Source: an uncultured Gammaproteobacteria bacterium (GTDB taxonomy: Bacteria > Pseudomonadota > Gammaproteobacteria > Pseudomonadales > Porticoccaceae). Taken from it: a stretch of 64,000 nt of DNA. The position numbers and the translations under genes were made by a program. Shown here piece by piece: positions 61,659 to 64,000 of the stretch; the stretch's first letter is position 1; each line of letters opens with the position of its first letter. Under the pieces are notes generated by a model. The model did no database searches and had not been told where the DNA came from. It saw only the letters and a list, made by a program, of their open reading frames with translations. Location: positions 3,226-67,225 of the forward strand of contig CAMTUJ010000016.1 of assembly GCA_947084925.1 (NCBI GenBank), given 5' to 3'.

Positions 61659-62861
61659 ATGCGTTTGGTGAGGTTTCTGGCGTGGCCGATACTCGCGGGG
61701 CTGGCGATCGCGGCCGTCGTGCTGTGGCGCGAGTTTCGCCCGCTCAGCCCGGAACCTCAGCCGATACTGCCCAGACCCGAGACGCTCGGCGGACCCGCGG
61801 CCGTGCAACCGTTCACGGAGGAGCGGGTGTCCTACGCCTCCGCGGTGCAGCGCGCCGCACCGTCGGTGGTGAACATCTACACGCGCAAGCTGGCGCCGCA
61901 ACAGCGCTCGCCGCTGCACAACGACCCGGCCTTTCGCCGCTATTTCGACCAGAGCGCCCGCCCGCAACAACAGCGCATGGAAAATTCGCTGGGCTCCGGG
62001 GTGATCGTGAGCAGCGAGGGCTACATTCTCACCAATCACCATGTGGTCGCGAATGCCGATGAAATCATCGTATTGCTCGCCGACGGTCGTGAAGCCGAGG
62101 CGCAGGTGGTGGGCTCGGATCCCGAGACCGATCTCGCCGTGCTGCGCATCGCCGTCAAGGACCTGTCACCGATGCCCATCGGCAACTCGTCGCAGGCCCG
62201 CGTCGGCGATGTGGTGCTCGCCATCGGCAATCCGTATGGCCTCGGCCAGTCGGTGTCCCAGGGCATCGTCAGCGCCACCGGCCGCGGCCTGGGTCTGAAC
62301 ACCTTTGAAAACTTTTTGCAGACCGACGCGGCGATCAACCGCGGCAATTCCGGCGGCGCCCTGATCGACGCCTACGGCAACCTGATCGGGATCAACACCG
62401 CGATTCTCGACGAGACCTCGTCCCAGGGCATCAGCTTTGCGATTCCGGTCAAAACCGCGATCAAGGTCCTGGAAGACATCGTCCGCGAAGGTCATGTGGT
62501 GCGCGGCTGGCTCGGCGTCCAGGTCCAACAGCTCACCGCCAACGCGCTCCAGAACGACGGCGTTGCGCCACCCGCCGCGCTGATCATTATCGAGGTGCAA
62601 CCGGGCAGCCCGGCCGCCGCCAGCGGTCTGCGCGGCGGCGACATCGTCACCCATATCAATGGCGATCCCGTGCTCGACGGGGTTCACAGCACGAACCTGA
62701 TCGCGGACCTCAAACCCGGCGACTCGGTGAATTTGCGGGTTTTGCGCAATCGACAGGCGCTGACCATCAACGCCATCGTCGGCGTCCGCCCGGCGGTCAG
62801 CGCAGCAGGGATTCCAGTGCCGCAATCAGGCGCGCGTTCTGGGTCTCCGTCCCCACCGTGA
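61659..62861 (+). CDS. DegS/DegQ-family periplasmic serine endoprotease (trypsin domain + one PDZ)
   Basis: N-terminal TM helix. The catalytic triad context is TNHHVV, DLAVLRI and GNSGGAL. A single PDZ follows (GVQVQQLT...[24 protein letters not shown]). The start was moved to the ATG at 61659. Confidence 0.85.
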   Translation: MRLVRFLAWPILAGLAIAAVVLWREFRPLSPEPQPILPRPETLGGPAAVQPFTEERVSYASAVQRAAPSVVNIYTRKLAPQQRSPLHNDPAFRRYFDQSARPQQQRMENSLGSGVIVSSEGYILTNHHVVANADEIIVLLADGREAEAQVVGSDPETDLAVLRIAVKDLSPMPIGNSSQARVGDVVLAIGNPYGLGQSVSQGIVSATGRGLGLNTFENFLQTDAAINRGNSGGALIDAYGNLIGINTAILDETSSQGISFAIPVKTAIKVLEDIVREGHVVRGWLGVQVQQLTANALQNDGVAPPAALIIIEVQPGSPAAASGLRGGDIVTHINGDPVLDGVHSTNLIADLKPGDSVNLRVLRNRQALTINAIVGVRPAVSAAGIPVPQSGARSGSPSPP

Positions 62862-63858
62862 TCCGCAGAAAGCGGTCGATGCGGGGGTGCTTGAAATGGC
62901 GCACCAGCACACCGTCCCGCCGCAGCGCCTCGAACAGCTCCGCGCCCGCCCGCTCCCGGTGCCGGGCGAACAGGAAATTGGCGGCCGACGGCAATACCTC
63001 GAACTCCAATCGCACCAGCGCGGCCACCAGCGCCTCGCGGCTGGCCATCACCTGGCTGCGCCGGGTCTGAAAATAGGCGTCGTCGGCGAAGGCGGCAATG
63101 CCGCCGGCAATGGCGAGCCGGTCCAGCGGATAGGAATTGAAACTGTTCTTGACCGTATCCAGCGCGCCGATCAGTCCGGCATCGCCCACCGCAAAGCCCA
63201 GGCGCAGGCCGGCCAGCGCGCGCGATTTGGACAGCGTCTGCACCACCAGCAGATTGGGATATCGACACACCAGCGGGATGGCGGATTGCGCGCCGAAATC
63301 CACATAGGCTTCGTCGATCACCACCACGGTATCGCGATGAGCGACAAGTAATTCCTCGATCGCCGTGAGCGGCAGTGCGCAACCAGTGGGCGCATTGGGA
63401 TTGGCGAGCACGATGCCGCCGTTGGTGCCCTGATAATCGGCCACCGCGATGCAGTAATCGGAGGTCAGGGGGATTTCGCGCCAGGGGATGCCGTAGAGCC
63501 GGCAATACACCGGATAAAAGCTGTAGGTGATGTCGGGAAACAGCACCGGCCGCCCGTGATTGAGCAGCGCATGGAACACATGGGCGAGCACTTCGTCGGA
63601 ACCGTTGCCGACAAACACCTGACTGGCGTCAACGCCGTGGTAGGTAGCGATGGCGGCCTTGAATTCATCGGCTTCCGGCGGCGGATAGAGCCGCAAACTC
63701 TCGTCCGCCGCCGCCCGCACCGCGGCCAGCACCCGGGGCGAGGGCGGATAGGGGTTTTCGTTGGTGTTCAGCTTGACGAGATCGCGCCGGCGCGGCTGTT
63801 CGCCCGGGACATAGGGCTCCAGGTCGCGGATGCACGGACTCCAGTAGGGATTGCTCAT
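62797..63858 (-). CDS. hisC: Histidinol-phosphate aminotransferase
   Basis: [12 protein letters not shown]...[14 protein letters not shown]...YP.P...[10 protein letters not shown]...[19 protein letters not shown]. Confidence 0.9.
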   Translation of the reverse strand: MSNPYWSPCIRDLEPYVPGEQPRRRDLVKLNTNENPYPPSPRVLAAVRAAADESLRLYPPPEADEFKAAIATYHGVDASQVFVGNGSDEVLAHVFHALLNHGRPVLFPDITYSFYPVYCRLYGIPWREIPLTSDYCIAVADYQGTNGGIVLANPNAPTGCALPLTAIEELLVAHRDTVVVIDEAYVDFGAQSAIPLVCRYPNLLVVQTLSKSRALAGLRLGFAVGDAGLIGALDTVKNSFNSYPLDRLAIAGGIAAFADDAYFQTRRSQVMASREALVAALVRLEFEVLPSAANFLFARHRERAGAELFEALRRDGVLVRHFKHPRIDRFLRITVGTETQNARLIAALESLLR

Positions 63859-64000
63859 CGCGACTCCGGTTTGAAGCGGTACTCCGCCGACCGCGCGTGC
63901 GCGGTGAGGGATTCGCCGCGCGCCAGCACCGAGGCGGTGGCCGCCAGCGCCGCCGCTCCGGCCGGTGAGCACTGGATGATCGAGGTGCGCTTCTGGAAAT
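63855..64000 (-). CDS. hisD: Histidinol dehydrogenase, C-terminal fragment (gene continues beyond the right edge)
   Basis: Minus-strand translation reads ...[47 protein letters not shown]-stop. The stop overlaps the hisC ATG (ATGA), giving the usual hisD-hisC order. Confidence 0.7.
   Translation of the reverse strand, partial: FQKRTSIIQCSPAGAAALAATASVLARGESLTAHARSAEYRFKPESR

Noticed and set aside
62797-62861. 65-nt convergent overlap between the degS-like and hisC 3' ends, considered as a possible frameshift or mis-assembly signal.
   Set aside because: Both proteins look complete up to their stops. The DegS-like tail is a plausible disordered extension, and convergent overlaps occur in compact GC-rich genomes. 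There is no evidence of a frameshift.

Overview
This 64-kb window comes from a GC-rich chromosome (about 65% GC by eye, not computed), probably gammaproteobacterial.

**Mobile element (about 1-21997).** These positions are one end of an integrated element of the PFGI-1/ICEclc type. It carries a DUF4102-type tyrosine integrase, a MobH-family TraI relaxase, a DUF3742 membrane protein, a RES/Xre toxin-antitoxin pair, an XRE regulator and a LysR fragment. The element abuts the 3' end of trpE, and I see no tRNA at the junction.

**Defence cargo (1-15147).** Inside the element is a visibly lower-GC block (about 40-55% by eye). It is entirely minus-strand and tightly packed with nine defence-type genes:
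- An excisionase-type HTH, a 1108-aa SNF2-family helicase, a DUF4391 protein, and a Type III Mod and Res, linked by 4-nt overlaps and 9-11 nt gaps.
- A Gabija-like pair: an OLD-family ATPase-TOPRIM nuclease split by a frameshift in a G8 tract, plus a 702-aa UvrD-like helicase.
- An SbcD-like nuclease coupled to an SbcC/YhaN-like ATPase that runs off the left edge.

The HTH-SNF2-DUF4391-Mod-Res operon is my best candidate for an uncharacterised composite defence system. The SbcD/ATPase pair and the poly-G switch in the OLD gene are the next most interesting.

**Core genome (21998-64000).** This part is ordinary housekeeping sequence: trpE, rpe, gcvTH, ettA, an L,D-transpeptidase facing an Lpp-like lipoprotein, amtB with a sigma54-type promoter, and a cobalamin riboswitch driving a TonB-dependent receptor plus a DUF6580-like membrane protein. 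It continues with radA, aceK, argC, hemJ-hemL-NUDIX-hemB, mrcB with an LpoP-like lipoprotein, zapE, yhcB-like, sat, degS-like, hisC and partial hisD. The one odd item here is a DnaT-like triple-repeat protein paired with a lambda-P-like protein between radA and aceK.

**Not found and caveats.** I recognised no rRNA, tRNA or CRISPR array. Many long ORFs on the track in the GC-rich part are antisense shadow ORFs and were not called. All assignments rest on motif recognition by eye; no searches were run.
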